A stretch of 64,000 bases of DNA from Dipteris shenzhenensis (Eukaryota): assembly GCA_047967505.1 (NCBI GenBank), contig CM106538.1. One strand, written 5' to 3'. Below, piece by piece: positions 1 through 11,999 of this stretch. Numbering within the stretch: the stretch's first letter is position 1; each line of letters begins with the position of its first letter. The notes beneath the pieces were generated by a model. It had not been told where the DNA came from and did not search any database. It was given only the letters and a program-made list of their open reading frames with translations. A program made the translations under genes and the position numbers.

Positions 1-2854
1 CTTTCTTTGAAGAGGCAATGGTATCGTCCACAGATCTCGTAGAAGACTGGGCAATGGAAGGCAAAATTCTCCTTTGACTTGATCTATTATCAATGACATA
101 ATGTGTAGATACGATCCTCTGAGGATCCCCTCCGCTCGTCTGCTCTTGACACAGGCAGTGTGATGAAACACGGACTGCCCAATGGCAATCCTAAGCCAGT
201 GTGAAAAGTGGATCTGAGTGTACCCTGGTGGGTGAATGTCAATCCTAAGTGAGTGTGGTAACTGGATCTGAGTGTACCCTGGTGGGTCAATGAAGCCCTC
301 TTGAGAGATGCACAAGCAGTGATCCCTATAGAAGTCGAGCTTCACAAGGAGTTCTATGAGCACCAACTAGGTCCTGAATGTGTGTAACTGTAAAAGATCC
401 TCTCAAATGATCAGGTTGAACTCGTTGCCTTGAAACGGGACAAATGGGACGTCAATGCTATACTGGAAGGGTGGCAACCTGTCTATATGGAAACCCAATC
501 TCTCGAATTATATGCATGTGTGTACATACCAACCTCTCTGATCACCCTGAGCTGCTCTCTACCGAATCCACCTATTTACACTTCCCACTCATCGCATTCA
601 AGATACTTGCCAAGGTATCTTTTATGAATGAACTAGCTTGGTCAGGTGACCACATTTAGTTGTATATAGTAGTGAAGTGGTGTAGAAAAGATTTCACAAA
701 AAAAGTACGTGGTCAAGAAAGCCTTTGGTGTGAGAGCAAGGAAGTCTTCTAGGCATGGGTAGGAGATGAGCTCTAGAGAGGCCAAGATAAGCTAAGACCA
801 TAGTGGGGGGTGAGTACTTGGCTGGAGCCCCAAGCAGAAGAATGTGTCGGAGGCCTTGTCATATGATCTGATAAACTCCCTACATAGAGCTTCATCCACA
901 GGTGGAAACATAATGGCATTACAGCCAAACAGAGAGGGAGTGGACTGTAGAGGATTTGGAGGGCATCAATCCCCAAGAACCTTCTCGTCTTTTAACCGAT
1001 TAAGTGCTTCAAATAGTTCATGCTACGAGAAGGGGTTGTCCAACCTGAATTTCTCAAAATGAACATGAGTTCATTCTTCCCATCTATGGTTTGCTAAAGG
1101 AGCTTCCCATAATGTCCTCATAGGGGTGATTCTGGTGATTCATAATTGGAAAGGGCTTGGAAGGGACAGCGAGGGGGAGGCCTTTGGCATCTTGTAGGAG
1201 GATTTCGTGAGCTGGAGAGAAGTATGGATTTGATTGTGAGGGGGAGGTTTTTGGCAACCTGAAAGGTGGATTTTGAAGCAAGGGAGTGGTAGGGGTTTCT
1301 ATGCTATACAGGCTAGGGCCTCTATGGCCTGGAACAAGGGGGTTCGGAGAGATGGGAGGGGGCAATAATGGCTGGTCCTCACAACTAGGGAGGGGGAAAT
1401 CATTGAGGGGATAGGCGCTTGTATGGCTAGGGTGTGTAGAGGAGCGGGGAGTAGGGGGGATACGACCTGGAGGGATAAGAGCGCATAGAGGGGAAAGGGG
1501 GTAGGTACACACTAGGAGAAAGAGAAGCATGAAAAAGGGGTAGGGAGTAGGTGTTGGGCTAGTAGGGAGTTGGAATCGTAGAGGAATAGGGGGATACGGG
1601 TCTATAAGTAGTGATTTAGTAGCCTCTAGGAATGCGGTACAACAGCTTGTAATTAAGGTTGAGGAGGTATAATAGCAGGGGAGGGGGTTGCAAACTAATG
1701 CAAGGAGGTGGTATGGTAACTTGTAGGGAGTGGCTATAAGGACGGGTTGAGGAGGTATGGCCAGCAAGAGGGGGTTGGAACTAATAGAGAGAGCATGGAC
1801 GGAGTGAGAAGTAGGGATTTCGGCATAACTATTGTAATGCTTGGTGCTCTCGCCACATTCATTCGACATATATGCCGTTGCCTCGCTGATGGAAGTGGTG
1901 TCTTTTTTGGGAAATGCGGGAGAATGACCCCAATGTAGAGTAAGTGATGCATTGTGCGGTTGCACTCCAATTGGCATTCGTCCATCGTTCTTCCTTGCTT
2001 ACGAATGAGCAAACTACATGAGGGATTGTCAACATACCATGTCTATCTTTCACTAAGCCAATGCCTCCGTTAGACAATATGAAAATAGGCATATTACTTC
2101 TATGAAAATCCTAGAGTATGGACATTTCTGCAACAAGCTCCGGGTCTTCCATTTTAGAGCTATTCTTAGTTAGTCTATCCTTGAGGATCTTCGTCTTGTT
2201 TGGATGATCCAACAATGCATCACCTTAAGATTAAGGCGAGTGACTATTGTAGGATATAGAGATCATCCATGACCAACCATCTAGTGGACCAACAGACACA
2301 ATCACTTGGATGTCCCGGTCAGGCGATGATATAATCACATGGATGACATGATCATGAGGATGACAGTCACAAGGATGACATAGTCACATGGATGACATAG
2401 GAGTGACATAGTCACATGGAGAGGACATGGTCACAATGATGACATAGTCACATGGAGATATGGTGGCTAAGAATGAGGGGGCAAGCACTAGGAGGAAGTG
2501 GATTTCTGCCAAGGAAGGTGAGGGTGACGACGAGGGGAGATAAGGGGGATGGGGATTCATTCAGCATTGTACAGGGTTTGAGAGAGGGAGAAGGATAGGC
2601 TAGAGATATGAGCTCACCTGTTGTATTGCTATCTTGCATGAGTGAGCTAGCAACTTCATCGAAGCTCTCATTGACTTGGACCGGCAAGATCCATGGTGGT
2701 CAGAACAGATCGAGACTCGGAAGGGAAAGAAGAGGTACAAAGTGGCAAGAACAAGTGAACAAAGAAGGCACTAAGGTCGAGGCTTCATCCAAAGCTCATA
2801 TGGTTCAAGACAACACCTTCTTCCATCCCCCACAACTATGTCTTCATCAACAAC

Positions 2855-5800
2855 AGGAAGAGATTACAAAGATATGGTGTTGTAGGCATAAATTCAACCC
2901 TATGATTGACTAGTAGTACTTGGGTACTATATATACCAAGTACTCGTATTGTTTCATTTGAACATTTCTATTGGAGCTTTCTTGTGTGTGCACTCTTGCT
3001 CACTTGTGTTCACAACGTGTCTCCACTTTGTTCCTACATTTGGTATCAGAGCACTTCCGTCTCTAGAGCCCATTCCTGCGCTTGCTTCCAGACTCCCGCA
3101 CTTGCAACAAGGGAAGCATCCCCTAATTGATTTTTAGCATTCAAATCCCCCTTGGCATCCATCTTCTCATTAAATGTAGTAAACACAAAATCTCTATCAC
3201 CTTGGCAAGATGAGCTTCACCATGTGCATCTGAAGCACAAGTTTCAGTGGGGGCAACAAAATTACTGCTAGAGCTATCCCTTTGCCTCTTCTTTTCATTG
3301 GCAATCCTTTTCTAACACTCTGCGATGTAATTCCCTAGCTTCTTGCAATTGCATTTGCCCATTTTCTTATTTTTGCTTGAACTGCTTGCATTCCCCTCCT
3401 TGGGCTGGGTTGTATGGCTGCGTTTGGACATGTCCATCACAGGGCATTGTCCTACTTGTACAACAATAATATGACTCAGGGAATGCTAAAATTATAGCAA
3501 CTAGCAAATGAAGTGTGTGAGGGGTGTGCACTTGGTAAATTGGATCGCATGCCATTCAATAAACAAGGCAAGAATTGGGTCAAGGCAACCAGAGTGTTGC
3601 AGATAGTGCACAGTGATGTATGTGGCCCCATGACTATTCCCACGCATAGAGGAGCAAGGTACTTTGTGACCTTTATAGATGACTTCTCCAGGTTCACAGG
3701 GCTTTTTCTCATGAAGGAAAAATCTGAGGTGTTCTATTGGCGTCAGGAGTTCAAAGCTATGGCTGAGAACCAAACCAATTCTAGAATTGGAACACTTAAA
3801 TCGAATAGAGGGGGAGAGTACATGTCACATGCATTCCAGGGATTTTTGAAGCAGCATGGGATTAAACATCACTTGACATGCCCTTACATACCACAGTAGA
3901 ATCCACTCCCTGAGAGGAAGAATCATACTCTCATGGAAATGTCGAGATGCATGCTGAAATTCAAGAGAGTCTCAAAGGCTTTTTGGGGAGAAGCAAGTGT
4001 GATAGCCACTTATATGCGGAACAGATGCCCTACCAAAGCTTTGGTTAATGTGACTCCATTTGATGTTTTGTATGGCTTTAAGCCAAAGGTTAGTCATTTC
4101 AAAATTTTTAGCCCAATGGCATATGCTTTGGTTCGAGATGCACATGGGACAAAGCTTGATGATAAGAGTGTCGAATACATTTTCATGGGGTATAGCACTG
4201 AAAGCAGGGGATTCAGGTTTTGTAATCCCACTACTAGAAGGTAATAATCAACAGAGATGTTCTCTTTGCTGAGAATGAGTGCATGTAGCCCGCTAGTGCA
4301 GACTTGCCACCATATGATGACACCCCTTTGGACATCATTCAGTTTGAGGATGATGAGATGGAGTCTCCTGATGCTTCCCCTTCTACTTCTCATAGTTCAG
4401 ATGGCTTGCCACATGTTGAGGATGGCTCTCCCTCAAATGTTTTAGATTTGCAGCCAATTAATGAGAATAGACAGCCTCATGTTTGGAGGCATTATCAACG
4501 TCATGAGGCCACTAAAGATGTTGATGTAGCTCCAAGTGGTATAGCAGATAAATCTATTCCATGTTGGGCAAGGTTGATCATTCAAGATGCTAAGGATCAG
4601 ATTACTTTGGGGAAAACTAGGGCCAGCACTCAAAATAATTAGCAAAAGGTCAATTTTGCTTTGATGACCTCAGTGATGGAAGTTGAAAATGAGCCTCAGA
4701 GCTTATGGGATGCTCAGCATAATCTGGCATGGCAGAAAGCTATGGAAGCTAAGATTAAATCCATTGAGAAGAATGCCACATGGGACTTGGTTGATGCGCC
4801 TATTGGGAAAAATGTGGTTGGCACGAAATGGATTTATAAGGTGAAATACCATTCAGATGGCACAGTTAAGAAATACAAAGCCCGTTTGGTTGCCAATGGG
4901 TATGCACAAGAGGAGGGGATAGATTATGAGGAGACATTTGCTCCAGTGGCCAAGATGACCACCATTCGTTCCATCATCTCTCTTGCTACGTTTTATGGTT
5001 GGTCAATGTACCAGATCGATGTCAAGACCGCTTTCCTCAATGGAGATCTTAAAGAGGAGGTCTATGTACATCAGCCCCAAGGTTTTGAGGTGAAGGGACA
5101 AGAGCACAAGGTATGCACGAAGGCTCTATATGGACTAAAGCAAGCACCTCGTGCATGGTATCAAAAGATACATCAGTTTTTGCTGTCCCAGGGCTTCGTA
5201 AACACTCATACAGAGCCAAATCTATATGTTTTGTAGCAAAAATCAGAATTGATCATGTTGGTACTATATGTGGATGGCATTATACTCACTGGCAGTGATT
5301 TGCAGCAAATTACAGTAGTGCAGTCCGCTTTATGTCACAACTTTGACATGACAAATTTGGGCCTATTGCACTATTGTCTTAGCATTGAGTTTTGGTAGAC
5401 CCATGATCGGATCTCTATGTCACAAACAAAGTATTTGAAGGGGTTGTTGTAGAAATTTAAAATGGAGAACTGTAAGCCTGTGGCTACTCCATTGGAAAAG
5501 GGACTCAAGCTGAGTAAGCATGATATTGCTTGCTGAAAAGTTTGATGGCACTTTGTATAGGCAGTTGGTTGGCAATTTGATATATCTATGCTCCACACGG
5601 CCTGATATTGCCTACGCCACAGAGCTTTTGAGCCAATTCATGCATTGTCCCATGATCACACATTGAAATGCAGCAAAGAGGGTTCTCAGATATGTCCATG
5701 GCACTCTCTCTCTTGGCTTGCATTATGCTTCATATTGTTATCTAAAGCTGAGTGGTTTCATCGACTCAGATTGGTCAAGGAACATGGACGACAGACAGTC

Positions 5801-6559
5801 CACTACTGGCTATTGCTTCTCATTGGGTTCAGCCTGTATCTCATGGCTCAGTAAGAAGCAAGAGCAAGTCTCTCTTTCCTCCAGTGAAGCAGAGTACAAA
5901 GTTGCAAATTCAGCCACTATGGAGTTAATGTGGTTGAGGAAGCTTTTGCATGACATGCATCATGCACATGATGGCGAAGTAAACTCTATCTTCTGTGACA
6001 ACCAGAGCTGCATTACCATAGCCAACAATCCTATCTTTCATGCTTGCATGAAACACATTGAAAATCATTATCATTGTGTACAGGATTGTATTTCTGATGG
6101 CTTCATTGATCTCATCTATTATCCATATAAGGACAATGTGGCATATATCTTCACTAAAGCCCTATCAATAGATCTTTTCTTACAACATTGACATGGCTTG
6201 GGGATCAGAGACATTCTCACAATGTCAAGGGGGGTTGTGAAGTGCTTCACAATGACATTGTTTTCATGTACTCCCATAGGTTGCATATCCATCTGGATGA
6301 ATTTGTGCAACCATGGTACTTTAGGTACTACGGGGTACACCTGAGATGTTTCTAAGGTACTTTTAGCCATATCTTTAAGGGGGGATTTGTAAGAGATTAC
6401 AAAGATATGGTGTTGTAGGCATAAAGTCAACCTTATGGTTGACCAATAGTAATTGGGTACTATATATAACAAGTACTTGTATTGTTCCATTTGAACATTT
6501 CTATTGGAGCTTTCTTGTGTGTGCACTCTTGCTCACTTGTGTTCACAACCTGCCCTACA
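2855..6559 (+). mobile_element. Ty1/Copia LTR retrotransposon, degenerate, with most of gag/protease deleted
   Basis: Matching short LTRs at ~2855-3038 and 6388-6559 (aagagattacaaagatatggtgttgtaggc...cctaca). tRNA-iMet PBS TGGTATCAGAGC at 3041-3052 and G-rich PPT at ~6377-6385. Near-perfect 5-bp TSD (acaac/acatc). INT-RT-RH domain order. Confidence 0.9.
3465..6191 (+). pseudogene. Copia pol remnant (integrase, reverse transcriptase, RNase H) with stops and frameshifts
   Basis: ORF pieces CEGCALGK, VHSDVCGP, FIDDFSR, RGGEY (integrase); [34 protein letters not shown] (RT); DSDWS, SLSSSEAEY, CDNQS (RNase H). Confidence 0.93.
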
Positions 6560-9500
6560 ACATCATCTATGGGGTTAGCCAGTGTGTTAGCATCCACAAC
6601 TCGCACACAACAGACTAGTCAAGGTGCTATGCTGTCTCTTATGCACAACCTCGGTTTCCTCCCCAATCTGGCCCCTACATCCATGGCACCTCTTGGTTCT
6701 CTTTTTGCTCCAATCATGTCCCTATCTTCCATGAGTGTTTCTTCTGCTGCATTATGCTTTCCACTCTTCCTATCTTTCCCTGCTCACCCATCATTCATAG
6801 CTTCCTCTCTCTCACACCCTCTCTCAATTGCTCTCCCATCATCATTAACTCCCTCACCTTCTATGTTCTCACCCCCTACATTTGTGTCCATGATACCCTC
6901 AGCACTTGGTGTACCACTCTCCTTTTCATCCTCTATGCTCTCCCAGTGTAGATTGGCACTTTCAGCACCCTCATCTTCTACATTGGCATCAGTAATGCCT
7001 TCAGCACTCTAACCTTCTACTTTGGAAAAAGTAGTACCTTTAGCACCAGCACCATGTCATGTCTATGGCCTTTGTTAGGGCTCCTTGTCTCACCCATGAC
7101 ATCATAGGCATATGACCATGTGTAATGCCAAGCCTTACTACTGCTCCATTTGAAGGTCCTTCGATGGTTGTAAGTACTTCAAGTCCCAGTAGGTAGTTCT
7201 GAGTTCCACGGAGTAAGAGAGACTTCTGAATGCTAAACAAAGTCCATGTGAAAACCAAGAAGTTCAAGGACCATCTCCATGAATATTGAGAAGCTCATGT
7301 CAATAAATCTCTTACATCATTTAAGGCCAAAGGAGTGGATAATCAACATGATTTTCTTTATATCTTTCCTTCCTAATAGCAAGATGCAACGGGCGTGTGG
7401 TACAGTCAGTTTCCTCCTGATCACTTCCAAACTTATGAGGGAGGAATTTATGTGTACCTTCAAGTTGGAAAAGTTCGAGTGCATGATTTTTCAAGAGTTG
7501 TCCAGAGATACTATAAAGCCTGAGAGAGAATTTTTGAAATGTATACGTGAATGAGGATCTTGGCGGCGAAGATGTCCGTGCCGCCTAATGAGGTCATCAT
7601 GAAAGGGTAGCTCTTGAAAGCCTTACACCCTACTTTTGCTATTAGACTTGTGGAAAAACTCCCTGAGCATGGCTTCTTACAAGAGTTCTTGAGGGAGGTT
7701 GTGAAGATGGAACAGTCCTAGTTGAGCTTTGCACCATCACAACTTCAAACTACTAATTGCTCGAGAGAGGAGAGCTCATCATAATGGGAGCATCTCAAGA
7801 AAGATTTGGAGCAAACCAAATAAGGACTTGAAGAAAGAACAAGGGGGAGGGTACCTCATCTTTTGAGACTCAGGTCAAAAGTGGACTTTGGTGCACTGAA
7901 TGCAAAGGTGTAGGTCATGGTCACTGGGAATGTCCTTGAAACTTAAGGTATCCACTTCTGTGTCTTTTTTTATCTTTTGTGAAATTCATGGACATGATGC
8001 CTCTGAATATCGCTACCTCAAGGGGTTGCAGAAGCTTTTACTAGAATATTCCAATAGCGAGCCTCTAGTTGTTGTGGTCCAACGAGCCACACAGACGACT
8101 TTTTGGCCTAGTACTTGTCGCCCTTGCTCCCTATAAAAGCATCAGAGTCACTTATCCCTCCTATTGTTCCATCTCCCCTACTTCCCAATCCCCTTTGCAT
8201 CAAGCACCTCTATCCATCAAGTTGGGGGCCCTTACTTCTATCCTCAGCCCAATAATGCACCGTACTGACGACCTACTCTAGGAGGTGTATATGGGCCATA
8301 CTATCAACGTGGTCACCAGGGTGGTTTTCAAGGAGATAAGGGAGGAGCAGGTAGAGGGACCAACCTTCAAAGACCCATTGTGTGCTATAGATGTGAAGAG
8401 TACAGCCACCACCAAGATGATTGTATGTAGCCATTCGGGGGCCCTCTTGTACACAATGCAACACAAATGATCACTATGGCAAAGGCTACCCCAATGGTTG
8501 AGGGAACCAGCATCTCAAGTCAACATGGTTGACCTAGCAATGGTGGGGGAGGACGCCTCAATATCATCACCACAACCCTCATCACCGATCAGTATCAGCT
8601 TAGTCACTAGAGGTGCATCCCCTCCCAAGTCACGTCCTCCCTCCAAGGTGGATAGTGGGCCCATGGATACATCAAAGAACCCCGAAGGCCTCACAACCAA
8701 AGTCCTATAGCTAGATCTGAAAGTGGCCCACCTTCAGGAAACCAATATATGCTTCAAGGTACTAGCGATGGTTAAGAGTGTCACCAAAGATCTTCAATCT
8801 AGTTTCAATGACAAGGGAAGCACTCCGTTTCCTTCTAGCAAGTCTCGAATGGTGAGGCTTGCAACAAAGATGATGACCCTAGGACAGAATAGGGACAAGG
8901 AGGTGTAAGCAAGACCTTCCACTCTCCCCTAGAAAGCACACTTCACACAGATAAGGAGAGGCCATTGCGACATGGTATGGCACAAGACAAAGGGAAGCGG
9001 GTGATGGAGGAACCATTACATGAGTCAATGGTTGGACCTTCACATTTACACCCTAGACCTCAAGTGAGCTTTGACCTAAAACACAAACTCGAAGGATGGG
9101 GTCACAAAATGCCACTACCTAGCCCTACTCCTTGATTGATGATCTGATGGAATTCAAACCCAACAGAACCCTGTGTGAACTTTGTTTGTTGTCTCTATAG
9201 ATCAAGCACCAGAACGTTGGATTCCTGAACCACATGCTAGGGGGTTCAACAAAAGGGACTTGTTCAAGGTGGGCCCACACCAGTGATAGGACTAGTTCAC
9301 AACCGGGCTGAGACTAGATGAGTGTACGTTGCTCTCACTTGTGAACAAAGTCCTAGACTCAACGTGGATACTAATGGGGTGGAGTTGAAGGACATCTTCC
9401 TCGATGGTGGTGTAGCCATGAACATCATGTGCCGAAAGGTACATTACAACTGGGTTTGAGTTGACAAGTGACATTTATTTCCAAGACCGCATGGATGTTC

Positions 9501-9700
9501 AATGAAGCCTATGGGAGTAGTCAAGGGTGTTAACATGAAGATTGGTGGTGTGACAGTCCTATCCAACTTTGTCGTCTTGGATATGACCAGCGATGAACAA
9601 ACATATCGTTTACTTCTTAGTAGATCATGGTTGTGACATGAAATTGGGGGTAATAAACTTCACACTCCTCTTCACTTCCTACTACTTTCGAACTGAGTGA
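6560..9700 (+). mobile_element. Decayed Ty3/Gypsy gag-protease remnant, the host of the Copia insertion; it continues from ~2700-2854
   Basis: An S/T-rich frame runs across the Copia insertion point (PTTMSSST | TSSMGLASV). Zinc-knuckle-like FCEIHGHDASE at ~7970-8010. Protease-like IFLDGG..MNIM at ~9390-9430 and YRLLLSRSWL at ~9600-9635. Confidence 0.55.
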
Positions 9701-10185
9701 TAGAGATATTCATCACTAGGAAGGGGACATTAAAAAGAAGCTTTTATACTAAGAGACCACCCCATACTATCCTCCCTTAGATGAGAATGAAGATGGTAAC
9801 ATCCCAAGTGATGTTATACTCAAGCATAGGGAGAAGGAAAGGATCAGCAGAGGCCATAACTCAGCAAGCCGGTCTGTGCCAAAGAGAAGAGCGATACATT
9901 GTTGAAAGAACATCTTGCAGCTCAACATGACATGAACTAATATATATCAAGGAGTTTGAAGGGGATAATTAGGTTGGATGGGTAGCTTCCGAGAAAACAT
10001 TACACCTCCTTCATAGATACCTTTACAATTACCTCAAAACACTCTCCAAAATATCATAAGACACAGAGACCCATAACTTTCAGCAGAGACATGATATCAA
10101 ATATTCAAACACATATTAAGATGCGCCTTGAAATGGGCTTCACTCTAATATAAGTTTCATAAGAAACAGAGAAGCGATCGGAAAG

Positions 10186-11795
10186 ATATGGGCAGTTTAC
10201 TCAACGGGGGTAACTTTTAAAAAAAGAAATACTCACACACACAGAGTCATAGATTTTTGGTTTGACATCCAATACAATAATTGAAGATGTAAGATTATGC
10301 TCCTTAAAGAGAGCTTCACGTTAATATAAGTCTCGTCCAAATCATGCCACTGAGCGAAAAGTTATGAGCAAAATACTGACAGGGGTTAAACTGTCATGAA
10401 AAACACCTACTCCTTCTACTGATGCCGACTTGGGAGAATACTACCTCCATGCTTAGACTTCATTAATGATCCAATTCCCATATATGTCACTTAGAAGGAA
10501 AGAAAGAGCCCCTTTTGTGGCTTGGAAAATAGATAAACCATGTATGCGCAATGAGGAGCCAAATAGACAACACTTCTGAGCACTTTGGAAGAGAACGCAA
10601 TGGAAAAAAGAAAAGAGACACTCAAGAGAGAGAACCTGAAGTGACCTTCATTACCAACAGAGTGAGACTCCACTCTAATGCAACTCAAAATACTACAAAC
10701 ACAAGGGAGAAGAAGAGGTTTCATACGTACAAGAGGGAGTGAAAGCTCCAAGACTACTCATAGAGAGAGAATGAACTAGAGAGAGATGGACTCAAGAGTC
10801 TACATAAGAGAATATCTACGAGGGAGAGAAGGCCCATGGATGAGGCTTGAGGAGACTAGAGCTACGGCAACATGAGGCCTAGTGGTGGAAGAGATGATAA
10901 ACAAGGGAGAGGAAGGCTCCTTTTATAGAGATTTTGTCACCCTCCATCCATTTACAATTGCTGCCTGTAGATTTCTTTCCCCATCAATCACATATGGGCA
11001 GTTTACTCGACGGGGGTAACTTTTAAAAAAAGAAATACTCACACACGGAGAGTCTTAGGTTTTTGGTTTGACATCCAATACAATAATTGAAGACGTAAGA
11101 TTATGCTCCTTAAAGAGAGCTTCACGTTAATATAAGTCTCGTCCAAATCGTGCCACTGAGCGAAAAGTTATGAGCAAAATATTGACAGGGGTTATACTGT
11201 CATGAAAAACACCTACTCCTTCTACTGATGCTGACTTGGGAGAATACTACCTCCATGCTTAGACTTCATTAATGATCCAATTCCCATATATGTCGCTTAG
11301 GAGGAAAGAAAGAGCCCCTTTTGTGGCTTGGAAAATAGATAAACCATGTATGTGCAATGAGGAGCCAAATAGACAACACTTCTGAGCACTTTGGAAGAGA
11401 ACGCAATGGAAAAAAGAAAAGAGACACTCAAGAGAGAGAACCTGAAGTGACCTTCATTACCAATAGAGTGAGACTCCACTCTAATGCAACTCAAAATACT
11501 ACAAACACAAGGGAGAAGAAGAGGTTTCATACGTACAAGAGGGAGTGAAAGCTCCAAGACTACTCATAGAGAGAGAATGAACTAGAGAGAGATGGACTCA
11601 AGAGTCTACATAAGAGAATATCTACGAGGGAGAGAAGGCTCATGGATGAGGCTTGAGAAGACTAGAGCTACAACAACATGAGGCCTAGTGGTGGAAGAGA
11701 TGATGAACAAGGGAGAGGAAGGCTCCTTTTATAGAGATTTTGTCACCCACCTTCACCCATTTACAATTGCTATCTGTAGATTCCTTTTCCCACCA
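10186..11795. repeat. 806-bp tandem duplication inside the 3' LTR of the Tat element
   Basis: atatgggcagtttactc starts at ~10186 and ~10992. The ORF pairs 10491-10751/11297-11557 and 10551-10742/11357-11548 are offset by exactly 806. Confidence 0.95.
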
Positions 11796-11999
11796 ATCAC
11801 ATAAGCCCGTATGTCACCATCATGTCCTTTTTGGCTACTCTTGCCATGTATCCCATCAAAAGATGCCCAAGACTCTTAAAATATTGAGAAAGTTAAGAGT
11901 CTCCCCACATGGAGCCCATAGGGACCCTCTCTTTTCCATATGTCCACATCCTCCTTATTCCACATGGGAATTCTAGAAGGATTCCTCTTAACTCCACAC

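Noticed and set aside
650-1075. Possible minus-strand LINE RT linker (NPFS.HELFEALNRLKDEKVLG)
   Set aside because: Only one weak motif and no downstream RT motifs are readable, so it is too degenerate to call.
1084-1977. 297-aa minus-strand ORF
   Set aside because: Pro/Ser-rich low complexity from a purine-rich plus strand, with no recognisable domain. Probably decayed retroelement sequence.
10491-11557. Duplicated 86-aa and 63-aa ORFs that look like a conserved gene pair
   Set aside because: They result from the 806-bp LTR duplication and have no independent coding evidence.
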